DNA of 64,000 nt from a virus (Duplodnaviria > Caudoviricetes), in the IMG/VR virus record IMGVR_UViG_3300012971_000019, positions 17,050 through 81,049 of that record. The stretch is one strand, 5' to 3'. The notes beneath the pieces were generated by a model. It was given only the letters and a program-made list of their open reading frames with translations, was not told where the DNA came from and did no database searches. How positions within the stretch are numbered: position 1 is the stretch's first letter; every line of letters begins with the position of its first letter. A program made the translations under genes and the position numbers. Below, in pieces: positions 26,828-36,461 of the stretch.

Positions 26828-28066
26828 GTGGCTTACCCTCCCGCATTTCAACAGAATGCGTTCAAGCAAGACGCATTCCAAGCGGGGGCGATGTTCACCA
26901 CATCGCCGTACTCGCTTGGCTCTCCGGTTTTTGCCACACCCGCGTTAATCCTTCATCTTACGGCTAATAGCTATTCGCTCGGCTCGCCGGTGTTTGCGAC
27001 GCCGGTATTGACGACGCTTCAACTCGTCCTTCACGCCAATGCCTATACGCTCGGCTCGCCGGTTTTTGCGCTTCCGATCCTGCAGCAATCGCAGTTCAGC
27101 CCGGCGAACTCCTACACGCTGTCGTCACCGGTTTTCTCGACGCCATCGATTGCGCAGAACCATACGACTAACACCAATGCCTTTGACATCATGCCGCTCG
27201 GTTTTGCGGCGCCGGTGCTCGATCAGCAGTATGTTTTCACAGCTACCCAATACGACCTATCGTCGCCGATTTTCGCGTTCCCCTCGCCGCTTGGTCTCGT
27301 CGATTGGTGGCTTACGATTGGGCCGTATTCGCTCGGCTCGCTCCTGTTCGCACGCCCGCGCTTGCAGGAGCACGTGTTGCCGGGCCCGCCGCCGTTCTTT
27401 CTGGAGACCATCAGCGAGGCGACGGCGATCCTCAACGGCATGCTCGCCGATCTGCTCGGCAGCGTGCCATCTTCGGCCGGCGCGACCAGTGCCGATCTCC
27501 GTCAGCGGGTGGGCGCGTTGCTCGCTACCGCCGACACCGCAATCCGCACCGGCACGTTGTCAACGCCGCTGTGGGGATGCTTTGAGGCAGCTCGTAAGGC
27601 CGGCGCGACCCTCGATGGAATGGATAAGGTGCGGCAGAATTTGCTCGCGCAAAATCCGCAAAGCAATCCCGCGATTGCGGTTGTCAATGCGGGTGTCACA
27701 TTTGCGCTGGCCGAGGACGCGAAGATCATCGTGACCCTGACGTTCGTTTCGCGCCAGGATGTGGATACGATGATGACGCGCATGCAGTTGGCGTTCGAGC
27801 CGGCGATCGAGACCGCGGCCGACAGTCTCGATAGTGCCAGTTACCAGACGATCCTCGCGCTCTACGGGTCGATAACCAATTGGCTGGCGACCACGCAGTT
27901 GCCGCTGCCGCGGATGATCAACCTGACCATGGGTGGGCCCAGCCCGGCTCTCTGGCTTGCCAATCGCATCTATGGCGACGGGTCGCGCTACGATGAGCTG
28001 ATCGCTGAGAACAACGTGGTGCATCCTGCGTTCATGCGGCGTGAAGTGCGCGCCCTGAGTGCCTGA
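26828..28066 (+). CDS. Fusion: YSLGSPVF-repeat region + Mu gpN-like C-terminal domain
   Basis: About seven YxLxSPxFxxP repeats (26900-27360), then LPRMINL...PALWLANRIYGDGSRYDELIAENNVVHPAFM. Confidence 0.7.
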   Translation: MAYPPAFQQNAFKQDAFQAGAMFTTSPYSLGSPVFATPALILHLTANSYSLGSPVFATPVLTTLQLVLHANAYTLGSPVFALPILQQSQFSPANSYTLSSPVFSTPSIAQNHTTNTNAFDIMPLGFAAPVLDQQYVFTATQYDLSSPIFAFPSPLGLVDWWLTIGPYSLGSLLFARPRLQEHVLPGPPPFFLETISEATAILNGMLADLLGSVPSSAGATSADLRQRVGALLATADTAIRTGTLSTPLWGCFEAARKAGATLDGMDKVRQNLLAQNPQSNPAIAVVNAGVTFALAEDAKIIVTLTFVSRQDVDTMMTRMQLAFEPAIETAADSLDSASYQTILALYGSITNWLATTQLPLPRMINLTMGGPSPALWLANRIYGDGSRYDELIAENNVVHPAFMRREVRALSA

Positions 28067-28068
28067 TC

Positions 28069-29172
28069 ATGGCGTTCAAACCGCAAGAGATCGCGGAGCT
28101 GTTTGTCGGTGGTGATGTCTACCGCGATTGGGAAAGTGTGCTCGTCAAGCATCAGTATGGTGCGACCTTCGCCTGGTTTCGGTTCACCTGCAGCGAGGGG
28201 GTACCGCTCGCGAAGAACTTTGCCAAGCTTCGCATCCGGCCCGGCGACGATGTTAGTATCCAGCTTGCGGGTATTCCGGCGATCATCAACGGCAAAGTCT
28301 ATTCCCGGCAGGTGAGCTATAGTGCGCGGCACCACCACATCGAAATCCAGGGCGTATCGTTTTCTCACGTGTTGAACCAAGGCTCCGTTGTCAACAAAAC
28401 AGGTGAGTGGAAAAACGCCACCTGGGAACAGATCGCGCGTGCCGTGATGGCACCGTTTGGCGTTCCGCTCCGTATAGTAGGAGGTTTGCCTGGTGGTTTG
28501 TTCAAACGTATCCATGTCCAACCGGGAGAGAACGCGGCTGAGCTGATCGAAAGATTGGCCAGGGTAAAGGGTATTGTTCTCGGCAGTGATGGGTCCCGCG
28601 ACTTGATCGCGACCTCGGGCTTGACGGCTATCGGCATGGATCAGGTCGTCGAAGGCCAGAACATCCTGGAGGCTCGCGAGATTCTCACAGACAACAGGCC
28701 CGAGGGCGGCAATCTCGCTGCTCGTAGTCAGCTCCCCGGCTCCGACGATGAATCGATGACGAAAGTTGCCCACCAGCTATTTCAGAAAATGACTCCAACG
28801 GGTGGGGTGCTTTTCGGCACCAAGAGCCCGGCCTTGACGAGCCTCACGGAGGCTGAGGTCCCGTCGAACATGCCGGATTTGTCGAGCCGCAACGATCAAG
28901 AAAACTGGGCGCGGAATAACGACCAAATCCATCTCGACATTGTCGTGCAGGGATGGCTCCGGCCGCGCGGCGGTTTGTGGATTGTCGGCCAGCAGGTTTA
29001 TGTCTGGTCGCCGATGCTGATCATGGATCAAAGCCTATGGCTCAAGAGCGTGACGTTCACGCAGGATAACCAGGGCGGCACGCGATCGACGCTGGAATTG
29101 GTCAACTTGCTCGGACAACCTGGCAGTGACCTCAGTCCGGGTAGTGGTGGGTCAGAAACCGAATCGACGTGA
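28069..29172 (+). CDS. Baseplate hub (Mu gpP/gp44-like)
   Basis: YRDWESVLV, QPGENAAELIERLAR, WLRPRGGLW and GGTRSTLELV motifs. Confidence 0.8.
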   Translation: MAFKPQEIAELFVGGDVYRDWESVLVKHQYGATFAWFRFTCSEGVPLAKNFAKLRIRPGDDVSIQLAGIPAIINGKVYSRQVSYSARHHHIEIQGVSFSHVLNQGSVVNKTGEWKNATWEQIARAVMAPFGVPLRIVGGLPGGLFKRIHVQPGENAAELIERLARVKGIVLGSDGSRDLIATSGLTAIGMDQVVEGQNILEAREILTDNRPEGGNLAARSQLPGSDDESMTKVAHQLFQKMTPTGGVLFGTKSPALTSLTEAEVPSNMPDLSSRNDQENWARNNDQIHLDIVVQGWLRPRGGLWIVGQQVYVWSPMLIMDQSLWLKSVTFTQDNQGGTRSTLELVNLLGQPGSDLSPGSGGSETEST

Positions 29173-29184
29173 GGGGAAAATCAA

Positions 29185-30081
29185 GTGCGATCGAATATCA
29201 CTGATGCTGCGCGTCGCGCGCAGGCGAGTCTCTCGCGTGTCACGGTGCGCAAGGTCGATGATGATCACAATTGGCAAGAAGCCGATGTCGATGTGTATCA
29301 CTCGGAGACCCATACCGGGATCGAGCGCATTCATCACTACGGATTCACCGCGGTACCGGTAAAGCAGGATCAGGAGCAACAGGAACAGGGCACCTCGACC
29401 AGCAGCGCCAACGATGGGCAGTTCAATGAGAACCAACCCAAGGGTCCATGCGCCGAGGGCGTCGTTGCATATCTCAATGGATCGAGGTCGCACCCGGTTC
29501 TCATCGGCATCGACGATCGGCGCTACCGCCCCTATGGCCTCAAGGAGGGCGAAAGCTTTCAGTACGATCAATATGGCCAGGGCACGTTGATCAAGAATAC
29601 CGCCACCTATCTCCTCTCGCTCGACGACGAGCAACAGGGCGGCGGCGGTGGTGGTGGCGGCGGTGGTGGTGGGGGAGGCGGTCAGCAGCAGCAGACGCGC
29701 TTCGCTTCGCTGCGTCACGTCAACAAGCAGAAGCAAAAGCGCAAGGGCAACCTCTCGAACTACGGTCAGCAGCAGGGCGGTGGCGGCGGTGGGGGCGGTG
29801 GCGGTGGCGGCGGTGGGCAACAGCAGGAATACAAGCACGAGGGCGACTCAGTCAATCACGAGGTCCGCGTCACTAAGGGCCGCATCGAGTTTCGCTCGGG
29901 CGACACGGTCGTCGGCTACTACGACGGCCAGAGCAAGACCTGGGTGTTTTCCGGCAACGTAAAGCTCGGCTCGGAGAACGCGAACAAGCCGGTCGTCGTG
30001 CAGGGCGACAACTTCGCGGATGTGAACCAGAAGCAGGTTCTCGCCCATGCCGGGACGCAAGACCCCAATCTCGTCCGATGA
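29185..30081 (+). CDS. Baseplate spike (Mu gp45-like) with two poly-Gly tracts
   Basis: IERIHHYGFTAVP, LNGSRSHPVLIGIDDRRYRPYGLKEGE motifs. Confidence 0.82.
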   Translation: MRSNITDAARRAQASLSRVTVRKVDDDHNWQEADVDVYHSETHTGIERIHHYGFTAVPVKQDQEQQEQGTSTSSANDGQFNENQPKGPCAEGVVAYLNGSRSHPVLIGIDDRRYRPYGLKEGESFQYDQYGQGTLIKNTATYLLSLDDEQQGGGGGGGGGGGGGGGQQQQTRFASLRHVNKQKQKRKGNLSNYGQQQGGGGGGGGGGGGGGQQQEYKHEGDSVNHEVRVTKGRIEFRSGDTVVGYYDGQSKTWVFSGNVKLGSENANKPVVVQGDNFADVNQKQVLAHAGTQDPNLVR

Positions 30082-30578
30082 CCGACATCCGCATCGTCAA
30101 CATCACGAATCTGAGCGGCACGACGGCGGACTGGGCTCTGACGCCGCTCGGTCTGCTTGACGAGAGCCAGGAGCTGGTGAACGCCATCAGGGTTGCCTTG
30201 ATGACGGATATGCTTGCCGGGCCCACCGAGATTTTGCCCGACCCCGACAGCACCGATCGCCGCGGTTGGTGGGGCGACTTCGACGCCGATGTGATCTGGG
30301 GCGGCTGGCCGATCGGCTGCAAGAACTGGCTGCTCACGCGCGCCAAGATCAGCGACTCGGGCGCGGGTGAAGGCGCCACGCTCGCGCGCGCGGAGGATTA
30401 CACGCGCCAGGCCATGCGGCCGTTCCTCGACAAGAAACTCGCGAGCCGCATCGAGGTTTCGGCCTCGCGCGTCAGCATCGAGCGCATCGAAGTGTCGATC
30501 ACCGTCTATCGTGGGCCGAAGCAAGCCATCGAACTAAGGTACCAAAGCCTGTGGGATGATTTCGTAGCCGGGAAATAA
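30078..30578 (+). CDS. Baseplate protein (Mu gp46-like)
   Basis: LVNAIRVALMTD, DRRGWWGD and WLLTRAK motifs. Confidence 0.85.
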   Translation: MTDIRIVNITNLSGTTADWALTPLGLLDESQELVNAIRVALMTDMLAGPTEILPDPDSTDRRGWWGDFDADVIWGGWPIGCKNWLLTRAKISDSGAGEGATLARAEDYTRQAMRPFLDKKLASRIEVSASRVSIERIEVSITVYRGPKQAIELRYQSLWDDFVAGK

Positions 30579-30581
30579 ACG

Positions 30582-31673
30582 ATGCCCTGGAGCACGCCGA
30601 CTCTCCGAGCCGTCCGCCAGATGGTGCGGGACGACGTGACTGCTGCGCTCAAGGGCGCCGCGATGGTTGCCAACAATGCGCTGCGCGTGATGTCCGACGC
30701 GCAGGGCGGTCTTGCGCACCTGATCCTGCGCTACATCGATTGGCTCGCCAAGCAGCTCTTGCCCGACACTGCCGAGACCGAATGGCTCGACCGGCACGGC
30801 AACATCTGGCTGGTCAATTCGGATGGCACGATCGGTCGCAAGGGGGCGACCTACGCCGAGGGCACGGCGAACTTCAGCGGTCTGCAGGGCCAGGTCATCC
30901 CGATCTATACGCAGCTCCTCGCGGCCAACCTGAACTTCCAGACCTCGGAAGAGATCACCCTCGGCGACGGGGCGACCGAGGGGGCCATCGAGGCGCTCGA
31001 TGCCGGCGCCGCCGGGAACCTGCCGCCTGGCGCCAACATGTCGTTTGCCGTGGCTATGAGCGGCGTGGATACGACGATCACGGTGGTCGAGCTGGTGGGC
31101 GGGACCGACGAGGAAACCGATGACCAGCTTCGCGCGCGCGTCCTGGAGCGCATCCAGAGGCCACCCATGGGTGGCGACGCGGACGATTATGTCCAATGGA
31201 CCCTGGCCGTCCCCGGGGTGACGCGGGCCTGGTGCGCGCCCAAGGAGATGGGCATGGGCACGGTCACCGTCCGTTTCATGTGCGATGCTCTGCGCGCCTC
31301 GAACGGCGGCTTCCCGCTGCAGCAGGATGTCGATGCCGTCACGGCCTATCTCAATCAGAAGCGACCGGTGGCCGTGCGCGATTTTTTCGTCGAGATACCG
31401 ATCGCCGAACCGATCCCCTACACGCTCCACATCATCAACGATAGCCTTTCGATCCGCCAGCAGACCGAGCAGAGCGTCGCGGCGATGCTGTTCGAGCGCG
31501 CGTCGCCTGCCTATTCGTTCAGCGGCATCCTGCAGCCTGCGCAGACGATCTACGCCGCCTGGGTGAGCGAGGCGATCAGTCGGGTGATCAGCGAGTTTGA
31601 TCTGACGATGGTCGATCACGTCATGCCGAATCACGGCGCTCTCGCCGTGCCCGGCACAGTGACCTACGTGTGA
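30582..31673 (+). CDS. Baseplate J-like protein (Mu gp47-like)
   Basis: LPDTAETEWLDRHG, GGTDEETDDQLRARVLERIQRPPMGGDADDY and WTLAVPGVTRAW motifs. Confidence 0.9.
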   Translation: MPWSTPTLRAVRQMVRDDVTAALKGAAMVANNALRVMSDAQGGLAHLILRYIDWLAKQLLPDTAETEWLDRHGNIWLVNSDGTIGRKGATYAEGTANFSGLQGQVIPIYTQLLAANLNFQTSEEITLGDGATEGAIEALDAGAAGNLPPGANMSFAVAMSGVDTTITVVELVGGTDEETDDQLRARVLERIQRPPMGGDADDYVQWTLAVPGVTRAWCAPKEMGMGTVTVRFMCDALRASNGGFPLQQDVDAVTAYLNQKRPVAVRDFFVEIPIAEPIPYTLHIINDSLSIRQQTEQSVAAMLFERASPAYSFSGILQPAQTIYAAWVSEAISRVISEFDLTMVDHVMPNHGALAVPGTVTYV

Positions 31674-31674
31674 G

Positions 31675-32388
31675 ATGGCGCAGCAGCTCCAGCCGCTCGA
31701 TCGCCACGTTCGCCGCGGACAGGATGAGTACTTCGTAGCGCTCGAAGAATTGCTGCCGTACGGCATCGCGTGGCCGCGCGATCCGACGACGGTGATCATG
31801 ACCATCGTCTACGGGCTCGCGGGCGTCCTCGGGTTTGTCGATGGGCGAGCGGCGGACCTGCTCGAACGTGAGAGCGACCCGCGCATCACGACCGAGCTGC
31901 TGCCCGACTGGGAGCGCAATTGGGGTCTCCCGGACCCGTGCTATGCCGAGCCGTTATCGATCGGCGATCGGCAAAAAGCGCTCGTGCAGCGGATAACGAT
32001 CATCGGCGGCCAGTCACGCCAGTTCTTCATCGATGCGGCTGCGTTCATCGGCTACATCATCACCATCCAAGAATTCCGGCCGTTCATGGTCGGGATCGAT
32101 CGCTGCGGCGACAATCGAAAGCTGCTCGCCGACGGCTCGCTCGGTCCATGGCCGAATGACGGCATCGGCGATCCTGCAATGCGGTTTTATTGGTGGGTTC
32201 ACGTGCACCGTGTTCGGCTCACCTGGTTCCGCTGTTCGAAAGGTCAATGCGGTGTCGATCCGCACCTGCGCATTGCGCGCGCGACCGATCTCGAATGTTT
32301 GCTCAAGCGCTGGTCCCCGGCGCACACCGAACCGCTGTTCGATTATTCCGGCGTCATCCCGCCTGATCCATTGGCGGGGACACCTTGA
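31675..32388 (+). CDS. Baseplate wedge protein (Mu gp48/DUF2313-like)
   Basis: LLPYGIAWPRD, ELLPDWERNWGLPD and LECLLKRWSPAHT motifs. Confidence 0.85.
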   Translation: MAQQLQPLDRHVRRGQDEYFVALEELLPYGIAWPRDPTTVIMTIVYGLAGVLGFVDGRAADLLERESDPRITTELLPDWERNWGLPDPCYAEPLSIGDRQKALVQRITIIGGQSRQFFIDAAAFIGYIITIQEFRPFMVGIDRCGDNRKLLADGSLGPWPNDGIGDPAMRFYWWVHVHRVRLTWFRCSKGQCGVDPHLRIARATDLECLLKRWSPAHTEPLFDYSGVIPPDPLAGTP

Positions 32389-32400
32389 AGGAGGGATACC

Positions 32401-33714
32401 TTGCAATATAACCAACCCTACGGCGTGAGCGACCCCAACGCCAGCTATGTCAACGGCAACCCGGCGATCGGCGTCGAGGGCTCGATCCCGCCCGCGTCAT
32501 CGATTGAGTACGACCAACGTGAGATCGTCGAGGTCATCAATTGGGCTTGGCAAAACGGATTGCCGGGATGCAATGCGCCGACAAACGCCGACCTCACGCA
32601 GCTACGCAAGGCGATCCAGGGGTTTCTCCAGGCTCGCTATATCGACACGCACATCACGAAAACCGTGCATGGTGCTGGCGCGGATTTTGCTAATCTACAG
32701 TCGGCGCTTGAATGGCTCGGCCAATATATCATCACGCCGAACGGCCAGGTTACCTTTCTGGTTACCAATTCCAAGACGGCTCCAGGTCAGGTAAACTCGT
32801 GGGTCTATACGCAAACAATTGAAATCAATCACGCCAACTCCAATCGCGTCATTATATCGGGATACCCTTTGATGGCGGCATCGCCAGACCCGGCTAACAT
32901 CTCGGTAACTGGCTATCACCTGCCGGGGGACGGCACGAACCAAATTAATTATCTTAGAGGTATCTATGCCACCGAGTTAAGCTTCTCCGGTGGCGTGACG
33001 GGCTTTATGGTCTTTCGAGATGGCTGCACACTGCGCAATTTGTTGATTACCGGATCGCAGACAGTTGGCCCCAATCCATATGACGGGAATGGTATTTTTG
33101 CCCGCGGCGAGATTAGGTTGGATGGCATTTCAATTTGGGGTTTTGGTGGCAATGGTATGGCGGCTGTAGAAGGGTCGATTGTTTGTTCAAGCTCGCTTTC
33201 TGTGTGCTCGCTATTTAATGGTTATGGCGGTGTGTACTTAGAAAATGCTTATGCGTTCTTCACCCCTACCGATCACACAAGCTTTTGCAGCAATTCCCAA
33301 GCGGGGGTACTTTTGTGGGGAGGTGCTCTTATGGGTGTCGGCCATCTTGATGTTCGCGGGAACAACAACATTGGCTGCACGATTTCGAACGGCTCAGAAC
33401 TGGTCAGTTTAGCTGGCGGTGTGATCCACTTAAACAACGGAATGGGCATAAATCTTAGAGGATCAGCAACGTGTTCTTGCCCATACCACACGATTACAAA
33501 CAACGCTGGTTGGGGGGCTATCTCCGATGGCGGGACCTTGTATATTGATCACAGCTCGTTTGCTGGTAATGCGAGTGGCGATCTTATTTCGATTGGCTAT
33601 GGGTTTATGAACGCCGTCGCTTCCACGGGGACCAATACGGGAGGCACGCCGTTTTTAGGCAATCCGGCTAATACCTTTAGCGTTGCCAATGCCGGTGGAT
33701 ACATCCAATTCTGA
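32401..33714 (+). CDS. Tail fibre/spike with low-GC beta-helix-like C-terminal domain
   Basis: MQYNQPYG..DPNASYVNGNP..G..GSIPPA N-terminal anchor; Gly/Asn/Ser-rich C-terminus with distinct codon usage. Confidence 0.75.
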   Translation: MQYNQPYGVSDPNASYVNGNPAIGVEGSIPPASSIEYDQREIVEVINWAWQNGLPGCNAPTNADLTQLRKAIQGFLQARYIDTHITKTVHGAGADFANLQSALEWLGQYIITPNGQVTFLVTNSKTAPGQVNSWVYTQTIEINHANSNRVIISGYPLMAASPDPANISVTGYHLPGDGTNQINYLRGIYATELSFSGGVTGFMVFRDGCTLRNLLITGSQTVGPNPYDGNGIFARGEIRLDGISIWGFGGNGMAAVEGSIVCSSSLSVCSLFNGYGGVYLENAYAFFTPTDHTSFCSNSQAGVLLWGGALMGVGHLDVRGNNNIGCTISNGSELVSLAGGVIHLNNGMGINLRGSATCSCPYHTITNNAGWGAISDGGTLYIDHSSFAGNASGDLISIGYGFMNAVASTGTNTGGTPFLGNPANTFSVANAGGYIQF

Positions 33715-33727
33715 TGGAGGTGCTCAA

Positions 33728-33913
33728 ATGGTGCTGCCGGTAACCGTTGCCCCGGATATGAAGTGTACCCTCTGCGGTGCGATATGGATACAGATGGTTC
33801 CTGCGTGCTCGCACACCGAGGCGGAATGGGACGCCTATAAGACCGCGAACAGTCTGTCCGATCCCTATCGGCGCTGGACCGACCCGCCGCCGGCCAAGGA
33901 AAAAGCAGAATGA
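33728..33913 (+). CDS. Small Cys/His protein
   Basis: GGAGG RBS; CTLC...CSH; start re-called. Confidence 0.45.
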   Translation: MVLPVTVAPDMKCTLCGAIWIQMVPACSHTEAEWDAYKTANSLSDPYRRWTDPPPAKEKAE

Positions 33914-34107
33914 ATGATGGACCGTCGTTAGCGGACGTGGTGCGCGAAGCGATCGACCGCGGCGCCGACGAATACGTGCGCGGGCTGGTCAAGGTCTATA
34001 TGGCCGAGCACGACGCCGATGATCGGTTCGTCGAAGGCTTGCGCAAGCTGAAGCAACGGCACACCGCCATGGTCGCATTGGTCGCGCAGGTGTTCGCGGG
34101 AGATTAA
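33910..34107 (+). CDS. Hypothetical protein
   Basis: Coupled ATGA overlap, 65 aa. Confidence 0.5.
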   Translation: MNDGPSLADVVREAIDRGADEYVRGLVKVYMAEHDADDRFVEGLRKLKQRHTAMVALVAQVFAGD

Positions 34108-34110
34108 CGA

Positions 34111-34392
34111 ATGGCGGGTCCAGTCGAGGAGGCTGGCAAGGTCGCGACGACGGTGGTCACCTCGCTCAAGGAGAGCCCGACCGTCCTGGCGATGACGATC
34201 TTCAATGTTTTGTTCCTTGGGTTCGTCCTGTGGTCGACGATGGAGGAGCGCGACTGGCGTGAGCGCGTCGTCCAGATGATGGTCAACCAGCAAAGCGAGT
34301 CGGCCAAGCTGCTTTATCAGTGCGTTCCCTACGACCAGGTGCAAAAGTTGTTCACGACCATCAGAGATTCGACGAAGGACTGGAAACCATGA
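34111..34392 (+). CDS. Putative holin
   Basis: One hydrophobic helix (VLAMTIFNVLFLGFVLW) directly upstream of the endolysin. Confidence 0.55.
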   Translation: MAGPVEEAGKVATTVVTSLKESPTVLAMTIFNVLFLGFVLWSTMEERDWRERVVQMMVNQQSESAKLLYQCVPYDQVQKLFTTIRDSTKDWKP

Positions 34393-35387
34393 TCCCGGTC
34401 GAGGATCGTCCGACGCTCCAGCTCGGTGACAGCGGGCCGGATGTCGAAGACTTGCAGCGCATGCTGCCGCGTTTCGATGGCGAGATCGATGGCGACTTCG
34501 GCGGCATTACCGAGGAAGCCGTGCTCGATTATCAGCGCACGCGCGGGCTCTACGTCGATGGCATCGTCGGCCAGGAGACCTGGACGGCGCTTTATCAGCA
34601 CAAGCTGCCGCTCCCGCCGCCGGCTCCCCCGCCGCCTGCGCTGACGGACGCGCAGCAGGAAACGATCAAGCGCATCGCCACCGAGTCGCGCATTGCCCAG
34701 TACGATTGGGAGGATCGCGGCGTCGCGCCGACCGGCTACATCCAGGGCATGGCACTCGCGTTCGCGCAGACGTACCGCAAGCTCAAGGTCGACCATCCGG
34801 CGGCGATCGAGATGGCCAGGGCGCGGACCTCATCGGATCAGGACGCCCTCAATCTCTATCGCGACGAATTCGATGGCCTCGACATGTCGAACGAGACGAG
34901 CGGCATCGATACGCTGCGGCATCTCTACGTCATGATGCTCGGCAGCGGCATGCGGGAAAGCTCGGGGCGCCACTGCGAGGGCCGCGACATGAGCGCGGAG
35001 AACGTCGAGGCCGATACGTGCGAGGCGGGATTATTCCAGACCAGCTACAACGCGCACGGCGCCAGCGATCCCCAGTTCACCGACTTGATGGACGAATACT
35101 CGAGCCCGGTCAACGAGGCGACGTGCTACCTCGACGCCTTCGCCGAGGATGTGGAATGCAGCGAGTCCGAATGGAGCAACTACGGCAGCGGGCTCGGCGC
35201 GCAGTTCCAGGAGCTGTGCAAGGTCTGTCCCGCTTTCGCGGTCGAGACGCACGGATTGACGCTGCGAAATTTGTGCTCGCACTACGGGCCATGCATCAGG
35301 ATGGAGATCGAGCTGCGCCCCGAGGCCGATCGGATGTTCCGCATCGTGCAGGACTTCATCGACGAGTCCGAGCCCTTGGTCGCTTAA
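34389..35387 (+). CDS. Endolysin: peptidoglycan-binding domain + lysozyme-fold catalytic domain
   Basis: LQLGDSGPDVEDLQ...DGDFGGITEEAVLDYQRTRGLYVDGIVGQETW; GMRESSG and AGLFQTS resemble transglycosylase motifs. Confidence 0.8.
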   Translation: MIPVEDRPTLQLGDSGPDVEDLQRMLPRFDGEIDGDFGGITEEAVLDYQRTRGLYVDGIVGQETWTALYQHKLPLPPPAPPPPALTDAQQETIKRIATESRIAQYDWEDRGVAPTGYIQGMALAFAQTYRKLKVDHPAAIEMARARTSSDQDALNLYRDEFDGLDMSNETSGIDTLRHLYVMMLGSGMRESSGRHCEGRDMSAENVEADTCEAGLFQTSYNAHGASDPQFTDLMDEYSSPVNEATCYLDAFAEDVECSESEWSNYGSGLGAQFQELCKVCPAFAVETHGLTLRNLCSHYGPCIRMEIELRPEADRMFRIVQDFIDESEPLVA

Positions 35388-35487
35388 AAGTTTCGGCGCG
35401 ATCCCTCGCGTCGTCCGAGCCCACCTGGAGCTACCAAAACCTATCTGCCCCGGTTCCAGAGTGGGGTTTTCCTCCCTTGAGCCTCGC

Positions 35488-35515
35488 GCCGCCCCTTCGG
35501 GGGCGGCCTTTTTTT
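35488..35515 (+). terminator. Intrinsic terminator ending the late operon
   Basis: GCCGCCCC-TTCG-GGGGCGGC-C-TTTTTTT at the strand switch. Confidence 0.85.
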
Positions 35516-35783
35516 ATGGCATCAGTGGGCCGAGCAGGAACCAATGTTGTCGTGTGCTCTCCTGATTGCATGGGTTCGGCGTCGGCGACCCGAGCCCGAG
35601 CTTGCTTTTATCGAAGGCTTGCCAGTCGCCGCCGGGCGGGCGGATGGTCGCATTGGCGAACCGCACGACCTCGGCCTCGGTCATTGTGAGCGGCGCGCAG
35701 ACCGAGCACGAGACGTTGAGCAGCGACGCGAAGATCACCGGCTCATCCGGTGAGGTCAGCGTGATGTGGTCGTGGCGGATCAT
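35514..35783 (-). CDS. Hypothetical protein
   Basis: Last gene of the leftward operon; Cys-containing, 89 aa. Confidence 0.55.
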   Translation of the reverse strand: MIRHDHITLTSPDEPVIFASLLNVSCSVCAPLTMTEAEVVRFANATIRPPGGDWQAFDKSKLGLGSPTPNPCNQESTRQHWFLLGPLMP

Positions 35784-35929
35784 TTGTTGTTGTCCTTTTC
35801 CAGGTCATCGACGAACTCGCGGATCGTTCGGCAGAACTCGACGACCTCGCGACCGCTCGCCGCTTGGCCTGGGAAGCGGGTGAGAAGTTCCTTGCGCGCC
35901 TGCCGCGTTGCCTCGGCCGCGATCGTCAT
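35780..35929 (-). CDS. Hypothetical protein (49 aa)
   Basis: Start re-called at MTIAAE; coupled to the next gene. Confidence 0.4.
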   Translation of the reverse strand: MTIAAEATRQARKELLTRFPGQAASGREVVEFCRTIREFVDDLEKDNNK

Positions 35930-35955
35930 GGCGTGGGAGGCGAACTGGACTCGGG

Positions 35956-36270
35956 TCACGTGTGTCCCACCGTCTCGGGCTGGCCTTCGAAGCGCTTGAT
36001 CTGCTCCTTGAGCAGCGTCACCACGTCCTCGCGCACCGCATTGCTCATGTAATTGCACCGACCAGGGCCCGCGTCGAAGGGGAACACCATCAGCACCCAG
36101 CCGACCGTTTTCTCTTTCGGTGAGTCGTCATTGAAAAAACGATCGAGCGCCATGGCGACCGATTTCATCTGGTCGCGATAAGCTTCCTCGATCGGGGCGT
36201 CCCCGATGGTGTGCCCCTCGCCTTGCCGGCGTCGTCGGCGCCGCTGTCTCATCCCTTGGGCTCCTGGCAT
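35956..36270 (-). CDS. Hypothetical phage protein
   Basis: GWVLMVFPF...RCNYMSNA.RED motif; operon context. Confidence 0.6.
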   Translation of the reverse strand: MPGAQGMRQRRRRRRQGEGHTIGDAPIEEAYRDQMKSVAMALDRFFNDDSPKEKTVGWVLMVFPFDAGPGRCNYMSNAVREDVVTLLKEQIKRFEGQPETVGHT

Positions 36271-36461
36271 AGGTGCTCATCGCCGCCAACCAGCGGCCCG
36301 TGGAATTCGATCGTGAGGTCGGGGCCGACGCTGACGCGCCAGCTCTTGTGATAGAACCCGCCCGTTGACGTGTGCGTGGTCTCCACGAAGTCGCGGGCCT
36401 GGTCTTCCAGGTCTTTGTAGGACGAATAGTCGAGATGCAGATATAGCACGGTCATGGTCAT
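36249..36461 (-). CDS. Hypothetical protein
   Basis: Tightly packed in the - operon. Confidence 0.5.
   Translation of the reverse strand: MTMTVLYLHLDYSSYKDLEDQARDFVETTHTSTGGFYHKSWRVSVGPDLTIEFHGPLVGGDEHLCQEPKG

Noticed and set aside
1019-35282. Many long - strand ORFs under the structural genes
   Set aside because: Shadow frames of GC-rich coding DNA with no motifs; only 10532-10753 has independent promoter support.
35416-35466. Bulged hairpin after the endolysin as an ncRNA
   Set aside because: One imperfect stem next to the terminator; no family features.
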